NCBI GenBank assembly: GCA_023132915.1
Contig: JAGLXM010000145.1
Coordinates: forward strand, 1-49,832
Origin: Candidatus Bipolaricaulota bacterium
Lineage (GTDB): Bacteria; Bipolaricaulota; Bipolaricaulia; UBA7950; UBA9294
Reading direction: 5' to 3'
Length of the DNA stretch: 49,832 nt
The position numbers and the translations under genes are program-made. Below, piece after piece: positions 1-9,182 of the stretch. The notes below the pieces were generated by a model, which saw nothing but the letters and a program-made list of their open reading frames with translations, did not search any database and was not told the origin of the DNA. The first letter of the stretch is position 1. Each line of letters opens with the position of its first letter.

Positions 1-2
1 AA

Positions 3-1319
3 GTGCGGTCTATCCGCTACGATGGAGGCATGGAGCGCCTGAAGTTTGGTGAGTCTGGACCGCCGCCCTTGGCGGAGATGATGAGGCCGACTGACCTCGA
101 TGAGATCGTGGGCCAAAAGGAGATTCTCGGGGCAGGAGCGCCGTTGCGGACCCTCATTGAGCGGGGTAACTATCGCTCTTTTCTCTTCTGGGGACCGCCG
201 GGAACCGGGAAGACGACGGTGGGACATATCATTGCTCAACACTCGGGGGTCCACTTTGTTCACCTCTCGGCTGCCCTCTCCGGGGTGAAAGAGGTGCGCG
301 CGGCGCTTTCGCGTTCGCAGGTGCGCTCGGAAAGCGAGGGTAAGCGCGATCTGCTGTTCCTCGATGAGGTCCACCGTTTCAATCGCGCACAGCAGGATGT
401 TTTGCTCCCTTACCTGGAGGAGGGGAGTGTCATCTTTATCGGGGCGACGACGGAGAACCCGTCGTTTGCTTTGACCTCAGCGCTCCTTTCGCGCTGCCAG
501 CTGTTCTGCTTTTCGCCCCTTTCTGAAGCGGAGATGAAAGTGGTGCTGCGCCGCGCTTTAAAGGATGCTAGGGGCCTTGAGGGACGCTACGAATTGACTT
601 CTGAGGCGGCGGATACGTTGATCGCTCTCTCTGACGGCGATGCGCGCCGCGCGCTCACTACGCTGGAGCTTGCCAGTTCGATCGCCACGGGAACAGTAAT
701 CGATGTCAAGTTGATCGAACAGGCCCTCCAACGCAAAGGGCTACGCTACGATAAAGCGGGCGAGGAGCACTACAACCTGATCTCCGCGCTGCACAAATCG
801 ATTCGTAACTCCGATCCCGACGCTTCCCTCTACTGGTTGTCGCGGATGATCGAGGCGGGTGAGGATCCCCGCTACCTGGCGCGGCGGCTGATCCGCATTG
901 CCTCCGAGGATATCGGCCTCGCTGATCCTAACGGATTGGAGGTCGCCCTCGCCGCGCGCGAGGCAGTAGAGGCGGTCGGCCTTCCTGAGTGTGACCTGGC
1001 CCTAGCCCAGGCCGCAGTCTATCTCGCCTGCGCCCCAAAGAGCAATGCCCTCTACCTTGCGCTGGGGGAGGCGAGGCAGGACGTGATGAAGCGCCCGAAC
1101 GAGCCGGTTCCCCTTCACTTGTGCAATGCACCTACACCGTTGATGAAACGGCTTGGCTATGGGAAGGGGTATAAGTACGCGCACGACTTTGAGGAGGGGA
1201 TCGCCCCGATGGACTGTCTCCCTCCATCTTTAAAGAGGAGGAGATACTACCGACCAAAAAGATCTGGACTTGAACGAGAACTTAACGAACGATTAGAGAA
1301 GATCAGAAAAGATAAATGA
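3..1319 (+). CDS. rarA: replication-associated recombination protein A (RarA/MgsA, AAA+ ATPase)
   Basis: Walker A GPPGTGKTT and Walker B LLFLDEVHRF. MgsA-type C-terminal helical region (HYNLISALHKSIRNSDPDASLYW). The ORF begins at the window edge, so the start is uncertain (GTG at 3 or ATG at 30). Confidence 0.9.
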   Translation: MRSIRYDGGMERLKFGESGPPPLAEMMRPTDLDEIVGQKEILGAGAPLRTLIERGNYRSFLFWGPPGTGKTTVGHIIAQHSGVHFVHLSAALSGVKEVRAALSRSQVRSESEGKRDLLFLDEVHRFNRAQQDVLLPYLEEGSVIFIGATTENPSFALTSALLSRCQLFCFSPLSEAEMKVVLRRALKDARGLEGRYELTSEAADTLIALSDGDARRALTTLELASSIATGTVIDVKLIEQALQRKGLRYDKAGEEHYNLISALHKSIRNSDPDASLYWLSRMIEAGEDPRYLARRLIRIASEDIGLADPNGLEVALAAREAVEAVGLPECDLALAQAAVYLACAPKSNALYLALGEARQDVMKRPNEPVPLHLCNAPTPLMKRLGYGKGYKYAHDFEEGIAPMDCLPPSLKRRRYYRPKRSGLERELNERLEKIRKDK

Positions 1320-1426
1320 GCGAAGTAATGGAGTAAGGTCAAACCGATCGATTATCAACGTGACAGCGGGCAAAGGGGGAAGGCTAAGCCGCGCAGTGAA
1401 GTGGGTATGGGTTATAAGGTGCGGGA

Positions 1427-1597
1427 TTACTTCTTCTTCCTTTCCTCGCGGTCGAGGTACTGCAGGATCGCCTCTACGACCAAGTAGTTGAGCGAGCGGT
1501 CCTTTACCCTGGCAAGCTTGGTGAGTCTCTCAACCGGGTTTCTAGCGGTCTTACCTTTGGGAATGTAGATTGATAAGGTATTCACCCTGTTGACCAT
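1427..1597 (-). CDS. small ribbon-helix-helix (CopG/Arc-like) DNA-binding protein, 56 aa (below the ORF-track cutoff)
   Basis: Hand translation: MVNRVNTLSIYIPKGKTARNPVERLTKLARVKDRSLNYLVVEAILQYLDREERKKK. GGGGGTG Shine-Dalgarno (SD) sequence 6 nt before the ATG. TTGTCA-17-TATAGT upstream on the minus strand. Beta-strand (LSIYIP) plus two-helix pattern. Clear paralog at 33541-33714. Confidence 0.6.
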   Translation of the reverse strand: MVNRVNTLSIYIPKGKTARNPVERLTKLARVKDRSLNYLVVEAILQYLDREERKKK

Positions 1598-1686
1598 ATT
1601 ATTCACCCCCTTTCAGATTTATTAACTATAGTACAATAAATATCGCTTGACAAGAGGCCTTTTCGAGGGAGAGCTTGTGGGGTACG

Positions 1687-1971
1687 ATGAGAAATATGAC
1701 CAAGCGAGTGCATCTGTTTGTCTCCGGTCGCGTCCAGGGGGTCTACTTCCGCGCGCACACGCATAAGAAGGCGCGGGCGCTTGCTCTGGCTGGCTGGGTG
1801 CGCAACCTCCCTGATGGGCGAGTGGAGATCGTTGCCGAGGGAGGGGAGGAGAAGGTCGCTTCCTTCCTCGACTGGGTGCGCCTAGGCCCGCCGGCCTCGC
1901 GGGTGGAGGACGTGGAGCTTGAGTGGGCAAAGCCCCAGGACGAGCGAGGATTTCGTATCCGGTACAGCTAG
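1687..1971 (+). CDS. acyP: acylphosphatase
   Basis: VHLFVSGRVQGVYFRAHT...GWVRNLPDGRVEIVAEG matches the acylphosphatase signature. About 90 aa. Start ambiguous (TTG 1675, ATG 1687 or ATG 1696). Confidence 0.85.
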   Translation: MRNMTKRVHLFVSGRVQGVYFRAHTHKKARALALAGWVRNLPDGRVEIVAEGGEEKVASFLDWVRLGPPASRVEDVELEWAKPQDERGFRIRYS

Positions 1972-1981
1972 CGGTGCAGCC

Positions 1982-3622
1982 TTACTTCTGTTTCTCGTAG
2001 ACGTAGCGCTTGATGTCGAGCTTGACGCTCTTCTCGAAAGGCTGATCGACCAGCGAGACCAAATCCTTGTTTTTGATCCGCTTGAAGACAGCCAGATTCT
2101 CACTGCGCAGCTTAATCTTTTCCCAGATGTGATCGAGGGCCTTGTCAGGGTCAGTGATCCCCTGTTCCTTGAGGAGCGTCCAGTTTGGATAGATCATTGC
2201 CGCTACCGCTGGCGCCCCCTGGCGCTCTCCTTCGTGGATCATGATCTCCTCGATCGCTGGGATGTTCAGAAGTTCCCACTCGATCTCTTCTGGGTAGACG
2301 TTCTCTCCCGTCTCAAGAACGATCACGTTCTTGGCCCGGCCGGAAAGGATGAGCCTCCCTGCCTCTAGACGGCCGAGGTCGCCGGTGTGGAACCAACCCT
2401 CCTCGTCGATGACTTCTCGCGTTGCCTTTTGGTTCTTGTAGTATCCGGCCATCACGTTTGGCCCCCGGGCGAAAACCTCACCGATTCCGTTCTCATCTGG
2501 GTGATCGACCCGGATCTCCACTCCTTTAATGGCGGTCATCCCCGGGTCTTCGGCGAACACTTCACAGGTAGTAAGCAGAGGTGAGGTCTCAGTAAGGCCG
2601 TAGCCTTCTAAAATTCCGATGCCCATCCGGCGGAGTCCACTCGCCACCTCGGGGTTTAGGGGCGCCCCGCCCGAGGTTAAGAAACGGAAGTCCTTTCCGA
2701 ACAGCTTTCGTGTCACCAACTTTCCCATCAGGGTGGGGGAGAGGCGATCGATAGTCCTCTTTATAAGGCTCTTTTCAATCGACTGGCGTATTTTTCCATA
2801 AAGAATATGGTATAGCTTGGGAACACCGAGGAGGAACGTCGGCCTTGCCTTTAGCATGACCTGGGCGAGGTTTCGGTCGACTGGTGCGTATGTTGTTGTG
2901 CCACCCGTGCAGATTGGGCAGATCAGGGTGACTGTAAGTCCATAGATGTGATGCCAGGGGACGATGGAGAGGAAATTATCCTTAGAAGAGAGGTCGACGA
3001 TTTTGATGGTGGTGAGGGCATTGGAGGAGATGTTGGCGTGGGTGAGCATTGCCCCTTTAGCGTTCCCGGTGGTTCCCGCGGTGTACATCAGTATCGCGAG
3101 ATCATCTGGGCTGACCTTGACTGAGGGAAGAGGTTTTTGGCGGAGGACGAGGGCATCGAGGAAGAGGATCTCGTCTGTCTCAGGGCGATCCATCGAGATC
3201 AGAAAGAGGTCCGAGAGGGAACGTTCTTTGATTGCTTCTAATTCGCTCACTTTGCCGCCCGAAAGAACAATCCCCTTTACCTCAGCCTCAGTAAGAATCC
3301 GTTCGATCTCACCTTGCTGTAATTCCGGGTCGAGGGGGACTACAGCAGCACCACAGTGGAGTATCCCGAAGAAAGCGGTTGCCCACGCGGCGCGTGGCTT
3401 GGAGATAAGGGCTACCTTGTCCCCCTTCTTGACTCCCAGCTCGGCAAGGGCGGCGGCAAAACGGCCGACCGTCTCTCCCAGTCGGCTGTAGGAGATCTCA
3501 TTCAGAATAAGCCGGATACCCCGGCCCTGTTTTCTCTCCTTGGGGATCAGCATGCGTAACGCGACATCCTCAGGGTGATCAGTAACCGCCTCGTTGAATA
3601 GATCATTGATCGTTGGATACAT
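1982..3622 (-). CDS. long-chain acyl-CoA ligase (AMP-forming, ANL superfamily)
   Basis: AMP-binding motif MYTAGTTGNAKGAMLTH, GYGLTE and GWFHTGDLG motifs, 546 aa. Confidence 0.85.
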   Translation of the reverse strand: MYPTINDLFNEAVTDHPEDVALRMLIPKERKQGRGIRLILNEISYSRLGETVGRFAAALAELGVKKGDKVALISKPRAAWATAFFGILHCGAAVVPLDPELQQGEIERILTEAEVKGIVLSGGKVSELEAIKERSLSDLFLISMDRPETDEILFLDALVLRQKPLPSVKVSPDDLAILMYTAGTTGNAKGAMLTHANISSNALTTIKIVDLSSKDNFLSIVPWHHIYGLTVTLICPICTGGTTTYAPVDRNLAQVMLKARPTFLLGVPKLYHILYGKIRQSIEKSLIKRTIDRLSPTLMGKLVTRKLFGKDFRFLTSGGAPLNPEVASGLRRMGIGILEGYGLTETSPLLTTCEVFAEDPGMTAIKGVEIRVDHPDENGIGEVFARGPNVMAGYYKNQKATREVIDEEGWFHTGDLGRLEAGRLILSGRAKNVIVLETGENVYPEEIEWELLNIPAIEEIMIHEGERQGAPAVAAMIYPNWTLLKEQGITDPDKALDHIWEKIKLRSENLAVFKRIKNKDLVSLVDQPFEKSVKLDIKRYVYEKQK

Positions 3623-3752
3623 GATTGCCTCCTTTGTAAAGGTGACGCTTGATGTTCATCGTGCTCGTCTTTTGAAACGGGCGATTGGGAAAGCGGTTAA
3701 CCGTGCGTGTAACTAACTTTGGAATCGTCAAATACACGTGGGATCGCCTCCC

Positions 3753-4715
3753 TTAAGATAGGTACTTCTCCGCCTCGATGGCGGCAATGGCTCCATCTCC
3801 AGCGGCAATGACAGCCTGTGCGTAGCGGCTGGTAACGATGCGTGCGTCTCCGGCGGCGAAGACCCCTGGGAGATTGGTGCGCAGGCGATCATCGGTGATG
3901 ATGTATCCGTGCTCATCCAGGTCGACTGTCCCCTGCAGAAAGTCCGTCTCGGGGAGGTGTCCAATGTTGATGAACAGGCCGTCGACCTTCGCCTCTTCCA
4001 CTTCGCCGGTGGTAAGATCCTTTAAGAGGACCCCTGTAAGGCGTTTCTCTCCCACTACCTTATCCACTACCTTGTTCCATAAGAAGGTGATCTTGGGGTG
4101 TTCCTGTGCCTGTTTCTTCAGGATCGGCGAGGCGCGCAGAGCATGCGGGTCGCTTCTTTGATGGCGGACGATGATCCCTACCGACTCCACGAACTTGGTG
4201 AGGAAGAGTGCCTCGGTCAGACCCGAATCACCCGCTCCCACCTCGAGAATCTTCTTTCCTTGGAAGAAATAGCCGTCGCACGTGGCGCAGTAGGAGACAC
4301 CCTTGCCCTTGAGGCGCTTTACACCATCTGCCGAGATTTCACGCGGCCGCGACCCTGTGGCGATAATTACCGACCGTGTTTCAAACTCCCTCCTTGCTCC
4401 CTTAATCCGATAGTGGTGGGAGGTGGGCTCGATCCCAGTTACCTCATCGAGGAGGATCTCCGTACCCAACCGTTCTGCCTGCTTGCGCATCTGTTGCATC
4501 AACTCGGGTGCGCTGGTCTTCTCCTCAAAACCGGGGAAGTTCTCGATAAAATCGGTCTCGTTTAGCTGTCCGCCAGGGACGGCCTTCTCGAGAAGTAAGG
4601 TGGAGAGAAGCGCACGCCCGGTGTAGATCGCCGCAGTAAGCCCAGCTGGCCCTCCGCCAATGATCACAACATTGTATGGCTTGCCCTCGCGCATAAGCCC
4701 GATTATAGGGGACAC
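3753..4715 (-). CDS. trxB: thioredoxin-disulfide reductase
   Basis: FAD motif IIGGGPAGLTAAIY, redox-active CATCDG, NADPH motif GAGDSG, 320 aa. Confidence 0.92.
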   Translation of the reverse strand: MSPIIGLMREGKPYNVVIIGGGPAGLTAAIYTGRALLSTLLLEKAVPGGQLNETDFIENFPGFEEKTSAPELMQQMRKQAERLGTEILLDEVTGIEPTSHHYRIKGARREFETRSVIIATGSRPREISADGVKRLKGKGVSYCATCDGYFFQGKKILEVGAGDSGLTEALFLTKFVESVGIIVRHQRSDPHALRASPILKKQAQEHPKITFLWNKVVDKVVGEKRLTGVLLKDLTTGEVEEAKVDGLFINIGHLPETDFLQGTVDLDEHGYIITDDRLRTNLPGVFAAGDARIVTSRYAQAVIAAGDGAIAAIEAEKYLS

Positions 4716-4931
4716 CTATTGGAGGTCAAAGTCCTCGAGCGAGAACACGTCCTTTGCTTTCTCGATCACTTGTTGGATTTTCAGCTTTGCTTGGTCGAGT
4801 TCAGTCTTGATCTTCGCGGCAAGGGCGATTCCTTCCTCGAATAGGCGAAGCGCATCCTCCAAGGGAAGATCCTCCTCCTCAAGGTGTTTGGTGATCTCTT
4901 CCAATTTCCTTAGGGTCTCGTCAATCTTCAA
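4716..4931 (-). CDS. xseB: exodeoxyribonuclease VII small subunit
   Basis: 71-aa helical protein (LRKLEEITKHLEEEDLPLEDALRLFEEGIALA). Overlaps the xseA stop by 4 nt. Confidence 0.85.
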   Translation of the reverse strand: MKIDETLRKLEEITKHLEEEDLPLEDALRLFEEGIALAAKIKTELDQAKLKIQQVIEKAKDVFSLEDFDLQ

Positions 4932-6172
4932 CTCTCTATTACCTCCTCCACCTGCGACAGGATCCTTCCGTTTAAGAGACGGGTTTCAATCCGCTCTCCC
5001 GGGGAGAGGAAAGTGACGTTACGGAGTGGGGTTGGCTTACCAGGGGTGAAAGTGAGGGAGTAGCCGCGGCGAAGAGGTAAGGAGGGGTCGGCAAGGCGCA
5101 GGAGATCCTCCAACCTAGTCGCATCGCGCTGGCGCTTCTTCCACGCCTCTCCGGTCAGTCGGAGGAGCTCAGCGAGGCGTAGATCGAGTCCCTGGGCAAG
5201 CATCTCTACCCTTCGTCCGGGGATGCGGAAGATGTATCCCTTGAGGTGTGTCTGCAGCCCTTGTACTCTGCGTTCGAGGAGGGCGCGCATGCTTCGCTGC
5301 GATTTTGCAAGGAAGGCGACAAGAGAGGTGAGGACCTCAAAGTGATCAGGGGTGACGAGCTCGGCGGCGGCCGAAGGGGTAGGGGCGCGCAGGTCGGCGA
5401 CGAAGTCAGCAATGGTGAAGTCGATCTCGTGGCCGACGGCCGAGACGATGGGGATCTCGCAGTCAAAGATCGCCCGAGCGACCCGCTCCTCGTTGAATGA
5501 AGCGAGGTCCTCGAGCGACCCACCGCCGCGACCGACGATCAATAGATCAAGCGGGGTCTCGCGCTGGTTGAATGCCTCTGCTCGCGCGATCGCCGTGACG
5601 ATCTCCTCGGCAGCGATTTCACCTTGGACCGAGCTTGCGAAGAGATAGACCTCGGCGAGGGGCCAGCGCCGCTTAAAGACTGACCCAATATCGCGGATCG
5701 CTGCTCCGGTGGGCGAGGTTACTACCCCGATGCGTTGCGGAAAAGCAGGGACCGGCTTTTTGTGAGTTTTGTCGAACAGACCTTCTCTTCCGAGCTTTTC
5801 TTTCAATCGTTCAAAGGCGAGCTGTAGCGCTCCCACGCCGGCCGGCTGGATAATGGAGACGACGAACTGATAACGGCCCCGCGGCTCGTAGATGGTTAGT
5901 CGCCCATAGGCGAGGATCTCCATCCCATCCTCGATTGTAGGAGAGTAAAGAAACGCCGAGCGCCCTTTGAATCGGACCGCGGAGATCTGTGATTCCTCGT
6001 CTTTAAGTGTGAAGTAGAGGTGTCCAGACATCGCGCGGGTCAGGTTAGAAACCTCCCCCTTCAACCAAACGGATCCGATCTCACCCTCCAGGATCTGGCG
6101 GGCCTTGCGGTTCAGTTCGGATATAGTGTATATTCGCTCTTCGTGCATCTTCTTATGGAGTGTATCTTCCAC
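4928..6172 (-). CDS. xseA: exodeoxyribonuclease VII large subunit
   Basis: N-terminal OB fold (YTISELNRKARQILE...VWLKGEVSN...SGHLYFTLKD), central catalytic region and coiled-coil C-terminus, 414 aa. Confidence 0.9.
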   Translation of the reverse strand: MEDTLHKKMHEERIYTISELNRKARQILEGEIGSVWLKGEVSNLTRAMSGHLYFTLKDEESQISAVRFKGRSAFLYSPTIEDGMEILAYGRLTIYEPRGRYQFVVSIIQPAGVGALQLAFERLKEKLGREGLFDKTHKKPVPAFPQRIGVVTSPTGAAIRDIGSVFKRRWPLAEVYLFASSVQGEIAAEEIVTAIARAEAFNQRETPLDLLIVGRGGGSLEDLASFNEERVARAIFDCEIPIVSAVGHEIDFTIADFVADLRAPTPSAAAELVTPDHFEVLTSLVAFLAKSQRSMRALLERRVQGLQTHLKGYIFRIPGRRVEMLAQGLDLRLAELLRLTGEAWKKRQRDATRLEDLLRLADPSLPLRRGYSLTFTPGKPTPLRNVTFLSPGERIETRLLNGRILSQVEEVIES

Positions 6173-6239
6173 GTGTCAAAAAAGGAAGGGAAAGCAGGAA
6201 TCCTTGAAAACCAGGAGTTTCCTCGCTATAGTTTCACCT

Positions 6240-6626
6240 ATGTACGATGGTGGCAAAGGTCGATTTCCTGCCACTATGCGACTTAAGAAAAGGTCGGATT
6301 ACAAACGAGTCTATCGTTGCGGGGTGGCGAGGAAAAGAACATATTTTTCTTTTCACATCTTCCAAAGAGAAGGGCCAGCAAGGCTGGGGATTGTGATTCA
6401 GCGGCGATGGGGAACCGCGGTAAAGCGCAATCGTATTAAGCGGGTAATTCGGGAGACCTTCCGTCGAAACAGTGAGCTCTTCACTGGGATGGACATCATC
6501 TTACGACCGCACGAGGTGTGCCAGGGGTGTGAAGCGGAGGAGGTCAAGCGATTGTTAATTAAAGAGTTTCGCGAGGTCGCTGGCACGGAGGTGAAAAGTG
6601 AACAAGGAAAAAGTCTTTCTGACTAA
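6240..6626 (+). CDS. rnpA: ribonuclease P protein component
   Basis: FPATMRLKKRSDYKRVYRCG...RLGIVIQRRWGTAVKRNRIKRVIRE is typical of RnpA. Start ATG 6240 or 6276. No rpmH upstream. Confidence 0.8.
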   Translation: MYDGGKGRFPATMRLKKRSDYKRVYRCGVARKRTYFSFHIFQREGPARLGIVIQRRWGTAVKRNRIKRVIRETFRRNSELFTGMDIILRPHEVCQGCEAEEVKRLLIKEFREVAGTEVKSEQGKSLSD

Positions 6627-7080
6627 AGAGGGAAATGCGCTGATGCAGCAGGAGCTCGAGCATGCTAAGAAGATCCTCTACGAGGAGATTCCTGAGAAGC
6701 TGAAGGCCTCAAAGCTGAACGGAGGGGATCTGCGCGAGAACAAGGAGTACATATACCTACAGAGCGAGCAGCAGTACTACGAGCGTGAGGTGCAGCGTAT
6801 CACCTCGATCCTGGAGAGAGCGGAGATCATCCCCGATGAGGAGATTTCAGCGGAGGAGATCGGTATCGGGTCTAGCTTCATCCTTCAGGATCTCGACATC
6901 ATGGAGAGCGGGACCTTTAGCCTCGTGAGCCCGGTTGAGGTCGACTTGGAGAAGGGCAAGATCTCCATTGTCTCACCGGTGGGGAAGGCCCTCCTCGGAA
7001 AAGCCGAGGGGGATGAGGTCAAGGTTGATCTCCCTTCAGGGGCGACGCACTTTCGTGTCATCGCGATCAATAAAAAATGA
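6598..7080 (+). CDS. greA: transcription elongation factor GreA
   Basis: FLTKEGNALMQQELEH...GDLRENKEY...SPVGKALLGKAEGDEVKV. GGAGGTG SD before the GTG start. Overlaps the rnpA 3' end. Confidence 0.9.
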   Translation: MNKEKVFLTKEGNALMQQELEHAKKILYEEIPEKLKASKLNGGDLRENKEYIYLQSEQQYYEREVQRITSILERAEIIPDEEISAEEIGIGSSFILQDLDIMESGTFSLVSPVEVDLEKGKISIVSPVGKALLGKAEGDEVKVDLPSGATHFRVIAINKK

Positions 7081-8549
7081 ATGAGCCTCCGATCCAGGCC
7101 AGGCTGGAGAAGCTTAAAGGACTGAGGGAGAAAGGGATTGATCCCTATCCTGCCCGTTTCTCTCGCAGTCATACCATCGGCGAAGTAAGCGCCCGTTTTT
7201 CCTTTCTTAAAGAGGGGGAGAAAAGTGGCGAGCAGGTGACGATCGCTGGTCGGCTGGTTGCCCTCCGTCGTATGGGTAAGGCTTCGTTCCTCGACTTACG
7301 GGATGGAAGCGGCAAGATCCAGGTGCATGCGTCTGCCGGCAGGCTCGGCGAAGAGCGTTACCAAGAGTTGTGCTCAAGCGACATCGGCGACTTCATCGGG
7401 GTGAGGGGCGATGTCTTTCGCACCAAGATGGGAGAGTTGACGGTGGAGGTAGCGGAATGGTCACTTCTTTCAAAGGCACTCCGTCCCTTGCCGGAGAAGT
7501 GGCATGGCTTGAAGGACATTGAGCTTCGTTATCGCCATCGCTCGCTTGACCTGGTCGCTAACCAGGCGGTGCGGGAGGCGTTCGTCCGCCGTTCCCGCAT
7601 GGTCTCCGCGATGCACCGCTTCCTTGACGCTCGCGACTTCCTCGAAGTAGAGACGCCGATGATGCAGCCGATCGCTGGTGGAGCGACGGCACGGCCGTTC
7701 GTCACCCATCACAATGCACTGGACATCGATCTCTACCTGCGCGTTGCCCCCGAGCTCTATCTGAAGCGGCTGGTGATTGGCGGCCTGGAACGGGTCTATG
7801 AATTGGGGAAAAGCTTCCGCAACGAGGGGGTTTCCACTGAGCACAACCCTGAGTTCACCATCCTGGAGATCTACGAGGCGTACTCCGACTACGAGGGGAT
7901 GATGTCCCTCGTGGAGGAGTTGGTGGCAACAAGCGCTCAGGCGGCCGTGGGTTCGACGCGTATTACCTACCAGGAGAACGAGATTGACCTTTCCCCTCCC
8001 TGGCAGCGGATCGGCCTCGTACAAGCGGTGGAAGAAGCCACTGGCCTTTCCCTTGATGGAGTTACAGAGTCAGACATTCGAAAGCAAGCTCGAAAGAAGG
8101 GGATCGAGCTTCCAGAGCTCTCACACGGGAAACTCATCGAGCACCTGTTCGAGAGGTTCGTCGAACCCGGGCTGATTCAACCGACGGTTGTCAAGGACTA
8201 TCCAATGGACATCTCGCCGCTTGCCAAGAGGAAACAGGGCACGGAAGGACTCGTGGAGCGGTTCGAGTTGTTCATCGGTGGGGTGGAGATCGCCAATGCT
8301 TTCACCGAGTTGAACGACCCCATCGACCAACGCGCTCGCTTTGAGGACCAGGAGCGTCTGCGAGAGGCTGGGGATGATGAGGCGCAGCGAATGGACGAGG
8401 ATTTCTTGTTTGCCTTGGAACATGGGATGCCGCCGACCGGCGGGATTGGGATCGGAATCGACCGATTGGCTATGCTCTTTACTGACTCTCCCTCCATCCG
8501 CGACGTGATCCTCTTTCCCACCCTGCGGGCAAGGGAGGCAAGAAGGTGA
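7077..8549 (+). CDS. lysS: lysine--tRNA ligase (class II)
   Basis: OB anticodon-binding N-terminus and class II motifs (FRNEGVSTEHNPEFTILEIYEAY, GGIGIGIDRLAMLFT), 490 aa. Confidence 0.95.
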   Translation: MNEPPIQARLEKLKGLREKGIDPYPARFSRSHTIGEVSARFSFLKEGEKSGEQVTIAGRLVALRRMGKASFLDLRDGSGKIQVHASAGRLGEERYQELCSSDIGDFIGVRGDVFRTKMGELTVEVAEWSLLSKALRPLPEKWHGLKDIELRYRHRSLDLVANQAVREAFVRRSRMVSAMHRFLDARDFLEVETPMMQPIAGGATARPFVTHHNALDIDLYLRVAPELYLKRLVIGGLERVYELGKSFRNEGVSTEHNPEFTILEIYEAYSDYEGMMSLVEELVATSAQAAVGSTRITYQENEIDLSPPWQRIGLVQAVEEATGLSLDGVTESDIRKQARKKGIELPELSHGKLIEHLFERFVEPGLIQPTVVKDYPMDISPLAKRKQGTEGLVERFELFIGGVEIANAFTELNDPIDQRARFEDQERLREAGDDEAQRMDEDFLFALEHGMPPTGGIGIGIDRLAMLFTDSPSIRDVILFPTLRAREARR

Positions 8550-9115
8550 GTACTTGGACGCGCCTAGTGAGTCGATGGGACCTTGCTATCGAGGAGCTTC
8601 TGCGCTGGGATGCCGAAACTATGCAGGCGATCAGCGGGCACCCTCTTCTCAAGAGGCTTTCACTCCTGTTCGTCATTGCCACCTACCTCGGCGATGGTTA
8701 CCTGTGGGGTGGGCTTGCCCTGGGGTTGATCATATTTGGCTCACCGATCGACCGGAGCTATGTGTTGGTCGGATTAGGGATTTCGATCGTCAATATCGCT
8801 GTTTTCCGTCTGTTCAAGCTGCTGTTCAATCGCCCACGACCGGCGCTGGTCTTTTTTGGCCTCCGCTCACGTTTGATCGACAGCTACTCCTTCCCCTCTG
8901 GACATGCCACTATCTCGTTCGGGATTGCCTGGGTAATCACCGTATGTTATCCGAACATCCTCATCCAGCTCGCCGCATACTTAGTTGCGATCATAATCGC
9001 CTTTTCTCGTGTCTATGTGAGGGAGCACTACCCACTTGATGTCATTTGTGGCGCACTCCTCGGTTCGTTTACCGCTGCCTATCTCCTTCCTGTGTTCGAG
9101 CGGTTTCTCTTTTGA
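8546..9115 (+). CDS. PAP2-family membrane phosphatase
   Basis: PAP2 motifs KLLFNRPRP, SFPSGHA and SRVYVREHYPLDV. Several transmembrane segments. Confidence 0.8.
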   Translation: MSTWTRLVSRWDLAIEELLRWDAETMQAISGHPLLKRLSLLFVIATYLGDGYLWGGLALGLIIFGSPIDRSYVLVGLGISIVNIAVFRLFKLLFNRPRPALVFFGLRSRLIDSYSFPSGHATISFGIAWVITVCYPNILIQLAAYLVAIIIAFSRVYVREHYPLDVICGALLGSFTAAYLLPVFERFLF

Positions 9116-9182
9116 CAGTGAGGGTTTGCGCACCGTACAATAAAGGGCGTTGCATTAAGGAGCGCAGCGTAAGGAGAGATTA

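Noticed and set aside
8554-9039. 161-aa alternative-frame ORF within the PAP2 gene. The same applies to 100-288, 1919-2368, 2964-3491, 7470-8024 and 9894-10487.
   Set aside because: All are out-of-frame or antisense overlaps of genes with clear family motifs, and they show biased Arg/Pro/Ser composition.
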